NCBI RefSeq assembly: GCF_963921235.1
Contig: NC_086097.1
Span: forward strand, 24,182,001-24,246,000
From: Mobula hypostoma
Lineage: Eukaryota
Length of the DNA stretch: 64,000 nucleotides
Reading direction: 5' to 3'
A program made the translations under genes and the position numbers. The notes beneath the pieces are model-generated. The model did not search any database. It had not been told where the DNA came from and worked only from the letters and a program-made list of their open reading frames with translations. Below are positions 26,461 through 38,868 of this stretch, piece by piece. Each line of letters starts with the position of its first letter. The stretch's first letter is position 1.

Positions 26461-26898
26461 CATGTCACCCAATCAGATCATCATGATAATCAGTATGTGC
26501 CATGTCCCAGTCAGATCATCATCATCATCATCATCAGTATGTGCCGTCCCAGTCAGATCATCAGCATCATCATCATCATCAATATGTGCCATGTCCCAGT
26601 CAGATCATCATCATCAGTATGTGCCGTCCCAGCCAGATCATCATCATCATCAATACATGCCATGTCCCAGTCAGATCATCATCATCATTAGTATGTGCCA
26701 TGTCCCAGTCAGATCATCATCATCAGTATGTGCCGTCCCAGTCAGATCATCATCATCAATATGTGCCGTCCCAGCCAGATCATCATCATCATCAATACAT
26801 GCCATGTCCCAGTCAGATCATCATCATCATTAGTATGTGCCATGTCCCAGTCAGATCATCATCATCATCATCAGTATGTGCCATGTCCTAGTCAGATC
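26461..26898. repeat. Minisatellite, ~11 units of atgtgcc(at)gtcccagtcagat(cat)n
   Basis: Direct; units of ~33-45 bp with a variable (CAT)n tract. Confidence 0.95.
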
Positions 26899-26966
26899 AC
26901 TCCATACGTAACTACACAGAGGTTGTGCAAAAGGAAAGAATAAAAAAACAGAATGAAGAATATAGT

Positions 26967-27627
26967 AACACACATCAAAGTTGCTGGTGAATGCAGCAGG
27001 TCAGGCAGCATCTGTAGGAAGAGGTGCAGTCGACGTTTCAGGCCGAGACCCTTCGTCAAGACTAACTGAAGGAAGAGTGAGTAAGGGATTTGAAAGTTGG
27101 AGGGGAAGGGGGAGATCCAAAATGATAGGAGAAGACAGGAGGGGGAGGGATAGAGTCAAGAGCTGGACAGGCGATAGGCAAAAGGGGATACGAGAGGATC
27201 ATGGGACAGGAGGTCCGGGAAGAAAGACAAGGGGGGGGGACCCAGAGGATGGGCAAGAGATATATTCAGAGGGACAGAGGGAGAAAAAGGAGAGTGAGAG
27301 AAAGAATGTGTGCATAAAAATAAGTAACAAATGGGGTACGAGGGGGAGGTGGGGCCTTAGCGGAAGTTAGAGAAGTCGATGTTCATGCCATCAGGTTGGA
27401 GGCTACCCAGGCGGAATATAAGGTGTTGTTCCTCCAACCTGAGTGTGGCTTCATCTTTACAGTAGAGGAGGCCGTGGATAGACATGTCAGAATGGGAATG
27501 GGATGTGGAATTAAAATGTGTGGCCACTGGGAGATCCTGCTTTTACTTATCCGTGTAAGCGGAACAAGTGCTACACATGCCCTTACACTTCCTCCCTTAC
27601 CACCATTCAGGGCCCCAAACAGTCCTT
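26967..27627 (-). mobile_element. Penelope-like element 3' fragment with a 5' inversion
   Basis: Near-identical to 41360-41935; 27545-27627 is the same element on the + strand (CKRNKCYTCPYTSSLTTIQGPKQS). Confidence 0.9.
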
Positions 27628-28659
27628 GAAGTTCGGAGATAGATTCTGGCACCATCTGTTAAGACTTTGTAGGTCCATGACAGTGTGGACTTCTTCTGGC
27701 TGCTCCAGTTTCTACCCACAATCCAAAAATGTACTGGTTAGTAACTTAACTGTTCATTGTGAGTTGTCCTGCGATTAGGTTAGGGTTAAATAAGGCAGAT
27801 TGCTGTGCGGCTTGACTTGTTGTGCTCAAAGGGCCTGTTCCTCACTGTATCTCTAAATAAACGAACAAAGAAAAATACTCCAAGAACAATCTAACCTTCC
27901 CCACTCACATAGCCCTCCATGCCAAATTTTTGGACAACACCTGTCAGTGCATTTCTCTGTGCACTTCAGAATTCATGTCCTCACTGTAGTCAGAGCTGTT
28001 TGAGATTAAGCGATCACTTTATAAAGATCTCCATTTTACTCCTGTGTAGACAGATCTGGCCTTTTTTAGAAAATCTCGTCCTAAGGCCTGAATTTCAGCA
28101 GGATTGTCAGTCTCATCTCATTATTATGTACCAGCTCTTTGAGACATTAATTATGCTGTTGGAAGTAAGGCTGATGCTCCTAGGAGAATTGGTCAGAACT
28201 AGATTTGAAATATTGCTTTGTGTTAAGGTCACTGACCTAATAAGAAAAAATTAAGTCAGAGTGTGGCATTGGAATGAGCAGAAACAGGCAAGTAAATAGT
28301 TTCTAATCATAGGTCATTGCTTCAGAAGGAAGGGTCAACCAGCTCAATTTGTCCTCATTTGAAGGTGTGGTTGTGAATGCTTATGGTTAAAACCGGAGCC
28401 AGCGATAAAAAAACAGTGGCTATGATCATTAGATGAAGGCATTCGAGCCATTTTCCCACAGAGGACAAGAAGACTGTCACTTCCTTGGTTGCTTGGCTTC
28501 TCAACTGCCATGCAACCTCACAGACCGAAGGGCTGCTACCCTCAGAGAGAACAGACTGAGTTCCTGAAAATACAGGTTTTGCAGTGTAGACTGAGTACAT
28601 GTATCTGAACACATCCAGTGCAAAGTATACTGTAGGTTTTTGGTCATGTTGGATTTGGA

Positions 28660-29105
28660 GATGTTGCCCCCTGCTCTCCTCTCCTTCAACATTACCCATT
28701 CCTGTTTCCCTCTCTCACCTTATCTCCTGACCTGCCCATCACCTCTCTCCAGTGCTCCTCCCTTTTCCCTTTCTTCCAGGGTCTTATGTCCTGTCCTGTC
28801 AGATTTCCTTTTCTCCAGACCTTTATCTTTTTCACCAATCAACTTCCCAGCTCTTTACTTCACCCCTCCTCCTTTCCCAGTTTCACCTATCACCTGCCAG
28901 ATTGCACTTCTTCCTCCTCTCCCCCACCTTCTTACTCTGACATCCCCCTCCCCCCGCCACCTTTCCAATGCTGGTGAAGCGTCTCGCCCCGAAACATCGG
29001 CTGTTTACTCTTTTCCATTGATGCTGTCCAATCTGCTGAGTTCCTTCAGCAGTTTGTGTTTGTTGCTTTGGATTTCCAGAATCTGCAGATTTTCTCTTGT
29101 TTGTT
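28660..29105 (+). mobile_element. Older Penelope-type terminus (pyrimidine-rich UTR plus decayed hammerhead)
   Basis: ctggtgaagcgtctcgccccgaaacatcggctg...gatttccagaatctgcagattttctc. Confidence 0.75.
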
Positions 29106-29668
29106 GATTCAGAGATTCTTTGGAAGCAAAGAATGAGACATAAACCTTGAGATTATAGCCTTTGGGTAGGTTTTCAAAACAGCAAAAAACTACTGGCCAT
29201 CTTACTCCACTATAAGGGAGAGAGAGAAAGCGAGGAAGGAAAGAAAGAAAAGACAAAGAAACAAAGAAATTGTGGTCGTCTTGGGCTAAAACTTAGCTAA
29301 CTAGAGAGATAAAGCTCTGTCCAGTGATAAGAGATAGCCTATGAAATAGTCAAGTTCAATTGCAATGCACAGGTTGCAGAGAAACTTTTAGAGAAGTACA
29401 GAATTAGCTATACTACAATTACTGTAAATTCACTGAACAATTACATACGTATACAGGAGTTGATTATATAAAAGTACAAGTAAGCATTGGAAAAAATAAA
29501 CTCTGAGAAAAATTGCAGTGGTTATCAAGACTCTATCACAGCAGTAGTGACACAGGTTCGGCTCCCCCGTTGCCTGTGAGGAATTTGTCCATTTGCCCCA
29601 TGAATGTGTGGGTTTCCACCAGGTGCTGTGGTTTCCTCCCACATTCCAAAGATGTTTGGGTTTGTTTA

Positions 29669-29748
29669 CAGGGGTTCCCAGCCATTTTAATGCCATGGAC
29701 CAATACCATTAAGCAAGAGGTCAGTGGACCCCTGGTTGGGAATCCCTG
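29669..29748. mobile_element. 80-bp hAT-like MITE in a V-SINE
   Basis: TIR caggggttccca/tgggaatccctg; reverse-complement similar to 30043-30122. Confidence 0.7.
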
Positions 29749-30042
29749 AGTTAGTAGTCATTTAATTGGTCATGTGCGTAGTTGGTCCAGAAGGGTGTGT
29801 AACTGTGCTTTATCTCCAGATTACATTAGTTTTTAAAATTGCGCTCTAATCCAACAGCAGACAAGGAGGCAATAGATTAAACGGCATAAATCTGTTAAAC
29901 TTTGGTTAGATTGTTTTTGAAGTATTATGTGCAGTTCTCATGTGGAGGCTTTGGAGAGGATGCAGAAAAGGTTCACTAGAATACAATCTAGATTAGAGTG
30001 CATGAGGAGAGGTTACTAAAACTTGAATTGTTTTCTCTAGAG

Positions 30043-30122
30043 CAGGAGTTTCCAACCTGGGGTCTACGGACCCCTCAGGTAATAGTAGAGATCTGTGGCA
30101 TTAAAAAAAATGGGAAACCCTG
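30043..30122. mobile_element. 80-bp hAT (Charlie-like) MITE in a CR1 (29860-30500)
   Basis: TIR caggagtttccaa/tgggaaaccctg; 8-bp TSD ctctagag/ccctagaa (NTCTAGAN-type). Confidence 0.8.
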
Positions 30123-30844
30123 CCCTAGAACATCAGGGGCTGAGGAGAGAACCAATAAGTTTATCAAATTAAAAGAGCTATTGATGGGGTAGACAATCAG
30201 AATCATTTTCCCCAGGGTAAAAATGTCAAGTACTCAAGGACACATATTTATGGCAAGGGGGGAAAGCTTCAAGGAGATGTGTGGGGCAAGTTTTATACAC
30301 AGACAGTGGTGAGAGCCTGAAGTGGGCTGCCAGGACTAGGGCTGGAAGTATATGCAACAATGGTGTTTAACAGGCATTTGAATGTGGAGAGTGGTGGATC
30401 ATGTACAGACATAAGAAATTTAGTTTAATTCAACATTGTGTTCAGCACAGACACTGTGGGCTGAAGGGCCTGATTCTGTACTGCACTGTTCTATGTCCCA
30501 TGTTAAGTTTGCCATACATGCAGGACCAACACAGGAAGGGGATGTTGTGGTGGGACGCAGAATGGAGATGCTGAAGGTCTTCTTCCTTTCTGAATGTTAT
30601 AACATTCATCTTTGCATTGAAGGGCATAAAAATTAGCAACACTGTGTAGACAACATGAACCTTTGAAGTTACTCCATCATTCAGTAAGATCAAGTTTCAT
30701 CCACTGTCCTGCCTTATTACTATCGCCCCATGGTCTACAATTTTAAAGAGCTCAGCTTTGATTATACTTAACTACAGAGAAAGCATAGCCCACTGGTGTA
30801 GTGGATTCAGTGCCCGCTGAGTGAAAACATTTCAAAAAAATCCA

Positions 30845-31400
30845 TTTTGTTATGTGTAATGAGGAAAAGGTTAATTGATGATCTGCTCGTTAAGTGGCCT
30901 TTAGGGAATAGTGATTATAATATGATGGAATTTTATATAAAGATTAAAAGTGCTTTAGTTCAGTCTGAAACCAGGGCCTTAAATTTGAATGAAGAAAACC
31001 ACAAAGTCATAAGGTTTTGGCTGCAGTAGACAGGGAAGCTATATTAACAAGGATGGTGGTAGACAAAAACAACGGCCAATATTTAAAGAATGGAAGGACT
31101 TACAAGTTTTATATATAGTTCAGGAAAACTTCAGAATTCAACATAGCAGAACCAAGTATTGATAAGGAAAGGAAAGGAAAGGGAAGGTAGAATACCAGAG
31201 TAAGTAAGCAAGAAGCATTAAAATACTGTAGAGAATGAAGGGTTCTACAGGTATGTGGAACAGATTTAGGCAATGTTAGTGCGGCTGTCTTGTGGACTCA
31301 ATCCAGAGATTACATTGGGGAATAAGGAAATAACTGCAATGTTGAACAAATGTTTTATGTTTTGCTTAATGGAGGAGGGCAGAGAAAACTCCTGGGTATC
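30845..31400 (+). mobile_element. Old CR1 ORF2 fragment (end of the APE endonuclease)
   Basis: LIDDLLVKWPLGNSDYNMMEF resembles the CR1 LG.SDH motif. Confidence 0.65.
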
Positions 31401-32384
31401 ATGAAGAGGAACAGTAAACAAAGAAGGCAGCAAGTGACCATTGGCAGACCTACTGTGACATTTTGATGATTCAGTGACATGCTCTTCAGTTATGTTTAGG
31501 CCAGTGCCGAAGAACTCCTTTCCTTAATTTACCCTAGACTTCATGTCTTGCTTGTCACCGTTGTACTGTGCCCAGACTAACTAAAGGCTGCAGGCATTTT
31601 TTGGAATTTTATTATTGCCTTTAATTATGCTACCTTTTCAACACCAGAAGTTTTATCCAGTTAACAGAATTTAAATTCCCCAGCTGCTGTGTGGGACTTG
31701 AATCCGTATTCCTAGGTCCTTAGTCTAGGCCAATGGATTGTTAATTCAGGAATCTAACCACAATGCTACCAATTCCCTCAAAATATCTATTGCATAGAAA
31801 CAGTCCCTAATTTTCATTCCCCATAACTTCCTTGTTCCCTCTGCTTTAGAAGATAGAACATTATTGCCCTTTAGCCCACAATGCTGTGTTGAACTTTTAA
31901 CCTACTCCAAGATCAATCTAAACCCTTCCCTCTTACATAGCCTTGCCTTTTTTTTTATCATCCGTGAGCCTATCTAAGGGTCTCTTAAATGTCCCTAATG
32001 CATCTACCTCAACCACCACCCCGAAAGCACATTCCATGCAGCCACCACTCTCTGTGTAAAGAACTGACCTCTGACTCTGGGTTGTCATGAGTTGTGAATT
32101 CTCCATTCCGTTTTAATATTCTCATTTCTCCTTTGAATAGAACGAAGAGTTTGCCCTAAGGAAGCCTCCCCAGCCGTACAACACTCAGGTCCCTGGGCTC
32201 CATTTTGTACATTCCTATGATAATCTTTTCATTCTTGACGTCTGTGTCTTCAGCTGCACTGGCCTCATGCCATGGAAACCTCCCAGTGAACCTTCCCACT
32301 CTTCCATAACTTCTGCCTCCCTCCTTTTTAAATCCCTCTTCAATCCAATCCCTTTGATCCAATGCCTTTCTAACAACTTTTGTT

Positions 32385-32990
32385 TGACATTCGCCTGTTG
32401 GGGGATTGAGTCCAAGTGTCGTGAGATAGTGCTGCAGCTCTATAAAACCCTGGTTAGACCACACTTAGAGTATCATGTCCTTTTCTTCACCTCATTATAG
32501 GAAGGATTTGGAAGCTCTAGAGGGGGAGCAGATGAGACTTACCAGGATGCTATCTAGATTAGAGAGCATTTCTTACAAGGACAGCTTGAATGAGCTGGGA
32601 CTTTTCTCTTTGAAGTGAAGGAGGAGGAGAGGTGACGATAGAGATATAGAAGATTATGACAGGCAGCTATAGAGTGGACAGCCAGGGTGGTAATGGCTAA
32701 AACCAGAGGGCATCGTTTTAAGTGGAGTGGAGGGGCAGAGGGGGATGAGGGATGTTAGAGGTAGTGTTTTTTTACACAGGAAGTGATAAGTGCCGGGAAT
32801 GCACAGCAGGGGTGGTGGTGGAGGTTGATACATCAGGGTCATTTCGTAGTCTGAAATAGCTACACGGATGGAAGAAAAAAAGAGAGTTATAAGTTATGTA
32901 GGAGGGAAGGGTTAGTTTGATCATGGAGTGGGTTTAAAGGTTAGCACGACATTGTGGGCTGAAGGGCCTGTGCTATGCTGTTATGTTCTG
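32385..32990 (+). mobile_element. CR1 RT C-terminus and 3' UTR
   Basis: LQLYKTLVRPHLEY; gggctgaagggcctgtgct tail. Confidence 0.85.
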
Positions 32991-33699
32991 TTTTATATGC
33001 ATTCCCATGAAGCAAATTGGTATGTTGTATGTCATTAAAGTGGTAAAAATACATGCAAGTTATTCTTACTACACTGCACTTCCTCTTTAGCAATGACTGT
33101 AACGCTATTTTCTGCATGCTGTTATTGCTTGTCCCTTGTCCTGCCTCGACGTACTATGTTTGGAATAACATGAGTGGATGACTTGCAAAACCGAGTCTTT
33201 CACTGTAGCTCAGTTTGTATGACGTTAATAAATTAATTACCAGTTACTTTGGATGAACATGATTGGTATCGAGATTGGTACAGGCGGCTTGATAGAATAG
33301 CGATTAGCGTATCAATTTAGCATGATAATTGTGGTTCAGTTCCCATTGCAGTCTATTCTCCTCTTGATTGCATGGTTGCTCTGTTTCCTCCTATATACAA
33401 AAACGTATGAGTTAGGGCGAGTAAGTTGTGGGCATGCTACGTTGGCGCCAGAAGCATGGCGACACCCCCCCCCACAACGCCCTGCCCCCTCCCCCGCACT
33501 ATCCTCGGACTGTGTTGGTCATTTCACTTTATGTTTTAATGTTTCAATGTACGTGATAAATATTTATTTTACTGATTTATTGTTGTCATGCATCTGCTCT
33601 GTATTACTCTATGACTACGACTCTGTGACTAAGTGATTGCACTTTTAAAATCACACCCAGTCCTTTTAGTGGTAAAGCTGGGAGTGATTTCAACTCAGT

Positions 33700-34125
33700 C
33701 CCATCAACCTGCATCCGTCCTGGACCATAACCCTCCATAGCTCGCCTATCCATGTACCTAAGCAAACTTATCTTAAATGTTACAATCAAATGTACGTTGA
33801 CCACTTCCACTGGCAGCTAGCTGCACACTCTCTCCACCCAAGAGTGAAGAAGTTCCCCCTTAAACATTTCATCTATTACCTTTAACCCATGCTCTCCAGT
33901 TCTTGTCTCACCCAACCTCAGTGGAAAAAGCCAGTTTGTATTGAGCCTATCTATACCCCTCATAATTTTGTGTACCTCTAGCAAATCTCCCCTCATTCTT
34001 CTATGTTCCAGGGATTAAAGCCCTAACCTATTCAACCGCTCCCTATAACTCAGGTCCTCAAGTCACGGCTACATCTTTGCAAATTTTCTCTGTAGTCTTT
34101 TAATTTTATTGATATGTTTGCTGGA
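33700..34125 (-). mobile_element. CR1 3' fragment
   Basis: cccctcataattttgtgtacctc..ctcccctcattctt; YMDRRAMEGYGP. Confidence 0.8.
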
Positions 34126-35024
34126 CAGCATCTTGAGTGGAAATTAGACTTTTCTACCAAACATTTCAGTCAGTATTGGGACAGTGATGATTGAGCCACT
34201 CATTAACCTCAGAATTCTCAGGAATGAACTCCTGGTTTACGTTTTATCCTTAAAATCTATGGTTCTATCTCCTTCCAGGTTCAATTATTCAGAGTCAATG
34301 TCAGTTTTGTCAACTATTTTGGTACACTGCTTGAAAGAGAGAGGATGATGAGCTACAGGTATAGGAGCAGGCACGTCCTGCCTCATCTTCTTCACAGCTT
34401 CCATGAAGGTTCAGTGTTGGCACATCCTAATTATACGAACAGTACACTGACAACAAACCTTAAAAGTTACCAAACAAGATTCAGACATGTTGTGCATTTT
34501 GCAAAAAATATCAGACAGGGTGTTTATTTAAGATTGTATTTAATTAATGCCGTGCACACTCATTAATAACCCTAATTTGTGCAGAGATTAAGTCTACAAA
34601 GAACAAGAAGGTCTGTACAATGTGACTCTGAAATACCCGTGCAATTCTCAAAGGGCACAATGGAGTCGTTACCAGCAATGAAGGCGGATAGAAATTACAT
34701 ATATCCCCACATTTGTTTTCTAACTCCAGCTGTTCCTTTCAAAGCGGATTAAATCTTATTGAACAAAGTGAGTTAATTGTAGTGCCAATTATTTTCTTTT
34801 TGCCGCAGTATTTTTCAGTTGGAAGTGCATAAGAAATGCAGAGCAGTGATGGAAATAGCATTTAATACAAAGAACCTTGTACTAGTACTTGTGAGCTCAT
34901 TCCATTCTTCTCATACTAAAGTTAGGACTGATTCGAAAGCAAGAGAGTACTCTGCCTTCTCCTTCCAAGCCTTGAAACTAATTGCAAGCCTTGAAAATGA
35001 ACACAAAGGTATCTCAAGAATCAA

Positions 35025-35530
35025 AAATCGGAATCAGAATCAGGTTTAATAACACAAACATATGACGTGAGATTTGTTGTCTTTGCAGCAGTAGCACAAT
35101 ATAAAACATATTAATAGGAAAACTGTGAATTACAGTAAGTATATATATATTAAAAAGTTAAGTAAGTAGTGCAAAAATAAAAATGAAGTAGTTCATGAGT
35201 TGAATGTCCATTGAGAAATCTGATGACACAAAGCTGCTCTTGAATCATTGAGTGTGCACTTTCAGGCTCCTGTGCCTTCTTCCCAATGGTAGCAATGAGA
35301 TGAGGGCATGTCCTAGGTGATGGGAGGCCCTAATGATGGATGCCACTTTTTTGAGGCATCACTCCTTGAAAATGCCCTGGATACTGTGGAGGCTAGTACC
35401 CATGATGGAGCTGACTAAGTTTACAGCTTACTGCAGCTTATTTTGGTCCTGTGCAGTACCAACACCCCATATCAGATAGTGATGCAGCCAGTTAGAACGC
35501 TCTCCTCAGTGCATCTGTAGAAATTTGTGA
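35025..35530 (-). mobile_element. Rex1/L2-type 3' fragment
   Basis: Similar to 4055-4620, including the aatcagaatcaggttt tail. Confidence 0.8.
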
Positions 35531-36484
35531 GTGATCAACGATCGACTTTATTCTCCATGTACATTTACATGTACTAGGAGTCTGTTGTGATGTGGTGAGA
35601 CAACATGCAACACAAAACAACAACATTTAGCAATTATACATAAAGCATTATATAAAAATATAAAGTTGCACATTAAAGTGTCAATATGGAATAACATGTG
35701 CATAAGTACATAAATACCAGCATGTATTTATAAAAGGTGATTTAAAGTTTTTACTGTGCAGTGTAATGACAGGGGTAATAGGTAGAGGAGGTGGGGATAA
35801 CTTGAATGGTTAATCAGATTCATTGATTGGTGGGAGAAATTTTTTAAATAGTGTGAAGATTTTGTTTTAATACCCCGACAGCGGTTTCCAGAAGCGAGCT
35901 TTTGGCAAAGACAATTTGCAGGGTGGGTAGTGTCCACAATGATTTTTCTTTGTCCTGTTCAAGTACAAGTCCTGCATTGACGGTAGAGTGCAGCCAATGG
36001 CCTTTTCTGCTGACCTGTCAGTTCCCTGCTGTTTTCATATATTGTGAGAGAATGATGGACCAAAGCAGGAATTTTTGATTGTCTTTGAAATTTAGAGTCA
36101 GTCTGGATTCCCAACCAGATTTTACTTTGGACATGTCTAAAGCCAAAACGCTTCTCATTGGTGCTCTGGTGGTAGATAGGAAGGCAGACAGGGACCTGAC
36201 GTGCAAGTCGCCAATGGAATGCACCAAGTATCCAGCACACTACTGAGGCTGGTCTGTTTCAATTGTCTTTTGCTCAAATGAGTGATAATAGCAGCTGGAT
36301 GCTGCTGGGGTATCTATCTATCTATCTAACCAGTTATTTATTTATTACAACTACAGCGAGGTATCAGGCCCTTCCAGTCCAACAACCCCCATCCCTGCCA
36401 CCCAATTACACACACCCATGTGACCAATTAACCTGCTGACCTGTGCATCTTTGGAATGTGGGAGGAAACCAGAGCACCTGGGGA

Positions 36485-36934
36485 CAATGTCGCCTCGGAT
36501 TTGTAATGATCAGTTAAAATTGCACAAAAAATCTTGTATTATGTAACTTTTTACCCAGTGACACACAGCATCCGTGCACTGAATTCTTAAGTGGAAGTAA
36601 ACCTAAAGCTGTTCTAAGGATAATAAGCCATTCTGTGTTCAATGAACCAGCAGTTCTTTTGCACTTCTTGCCTTTTGCTTCTTTGGAATCCGACATAGTG
36701 AATCAATAATTTCTTCAATAGAAACAGTATAAGTAAGCCAGTTTTGAAATCTGCACTGCAAACTCCACATTGTCATCACCATCCGCATCAAAGGAAATGT
36801 GATTGTGTACGATCGTGAAATATACCTAACATGCCAACAAGATTGAGGGTGACAACCTTTTGTGCGCAGTTTAAATTCCTTTGTGCACTAGTAGCAAAAG
36901 ATGTGTGCACGCGCACACCCTATAGGGAACATTG
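36485..36934 (-). mobile_element. hAT-like non-autonomous element nested in a V-SINE
   Basis: Imperfect TIR caatgtcgcctc / tagggaacattg; diverged 8-bp TSD cctgggga/cccagaga; SINE resumes on both sides; MSDSKEAKGKKCKRTAGSLNTEWL may be a transposase start. Confidence 0.65.
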
Positions 36935-37876
36935 CCCAGAGAAAGCCCATGTGGTCATGGGGTGAATGTATAAGCTCCTTACAGACAGTGGCAGAATTGA
37001 ACCCGGATCTCTGGCGCTACAAAAAGTGTTTTGCTAACCACTATATTACCGTGTTAATTACGGCAAGGTAATGTCCACTGAGTGGAAAATAAGTTGCTAA
37101 TAGTCCACTACTGTGCCCATATTCCGGAGAGTAAGTGGTAGGATACAGTCTGATACCCCTTTCTTAGTCTTAAGGTAGTCAGCTGAACTGATTCCACAAC
37201 TTACAGACTCAATTTCAAGGATTCTGCAATTTATTTTTTCAATTATACTTTCTATTGGCACAATTTGTCTTCTTTTGCACTTTGCTTGTTTGTCAGTCTT
37301 TATTTATGTATAGTTTTTCATAAATTCAATTGTATTTCTTTATTTTCTTGTAAATGCCTGGAAGTAAATGAATCTCAAGATTGTGTATGGTGACGTATAC
37401 ATACCCTTGATAATAAATTTACTTTGACTTTGATGGTTGCCGGTTACTTTTCCTATTCATGGAACGTATTGAACAAGGAAGGAACTTGCAATATATCAAA
37501 AACCATATCATCATTAGAGCATCTACAACTATCGCTTTGTATCAAGGGAACTGTTTTTGGAGTTGAATGCAGATGTTTGATGAGGAGGCTTGATATAATA
37601 GAGAAACAAATAGAAAGTATTGTTGAGAGGGTGAGATGATAGGGAGAGGATATCATATGGAGCCCAAATGCCAACATAGACCTGTTGAACCTTTGGTTTG
37701 TTTCTGTGATTTTATAGCAATATGAAACCTTGGAATATTAGGGAGCAGAAGCATGTCACTCAGAATCAGAATCAGGTTTGTTATCTCTGACATATCTTGT
37801 GAAATAGGTTGATTCGTAGCAGCAGTAAAGTGCAGAAAAATCTTTAAAAAATCACAATTAAGGTTGCAGTAAAAAT

Positions 37877-38735
37877 TGTGACGAGAATACACATAAAATT
37901 AAGATGTTTGCTGGCCTGAGTTAGCATCAGTGACATCAGCAAGTGGTCTGCCACCTGCCCTCAGGGGAAGGAGAGATAAGGAACAATGGAGCAGCGTCTG
38001 GAGATGTGTAATGAAGGGACATGGGAGAGAGAGCTGTCTGGAGCGGCTCCCCCTTTGAACCCTGAACTGTTTGAAGTGATGGACAGGCGATACCCCAGCA
38101 GGGGGATAAAAAGGGACCGGTTTGCTAAGGCGAACACACACGACACCCGAGGTAACGAGACCCTGGAAGCGGTACACCTCTCACGAGTCAGTGAGAAGTA
38201 CCAGACAACGGCCAGGGTGGAAAGGTACGATCAGCGGGAACCCGGTGTGTGTCCGCCCTTGCCTGGGTGCCGGGTTCACTGCAGAGGATCAACCGCATCT
38301 GGAGGAGGGGTCACAGTCGGTGACCTCAGGTGACATCACCAAGGACCCGCCCAAAAGTTGCTTGTGAGCCATATCGTTGGTCTGTGAGTGAAGCCGTGTC
38401 TGAATGATCAGTTGTTCCTGTTCTCTCTCTCTCTTCCCCCACGTTGTCCATCCATGGCAACGATTACTGCAAACTGAACTACTAAACTGGACTGAACTTT
38501 GAGTCACTTTGAAATTTGGTCATTTACCCCTCGACAACGATAGAGCTTGATTGATGCTGTTATCTTAATTCTGTGCACATGTGTGGTTAACATTGCTGAA
38601 CTGTTGCATTTATTATCCTTTCGATTACTGTGTTGCTTGTTTCTTTAATAAAACTTTCTTAGTTCTAGTAATCCAGACTCCAACTGAGTGATCCATTTCT
38701 GCTGGTTTGGCAACCCAGTTACGGGGTACGTAACA
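37877..38735 (+). mobile_element. Solo LTR (859 bp, Gypsy/ERV-type)
   Basis: TG...CA ends with imperfect IR tgtgacg/cgtaaca; TATA-like gataaaa ~38105; AATAAA at 38647; CpG-rich; splits a Rex/L2 tail. Confidence 0.8.
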
Positions 38736-38868
38736 AATATTAAAAATAAATTATTACAAAATAGTGAGGTGGTGTTCAAGGGCCATTCGGAAGCCTGATG
38801 GCAGGGGAAGAAACTGTTTCTAAAATGTTGAGTATGTGTCTTGAGGCTTCTGTACCTCCTCTTTAATG

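Noticed and set aside
26443..26943. CRISPR-like regular repeats and His/Ser/Ile-rich ORFs
   Set aside because: The 'spacers' are just (CAT)n, there are no cas genes, and the context is vertebrate; the ORFs are minisatellite artefacts.
34279..34358. Possible exon (ctccttccag|...ag|gtatag)
   Set aside because: Peptide VQLFRVNVSFVNYFGTLLERERMMSY is not recognisable; splice-like words alone are not enough.
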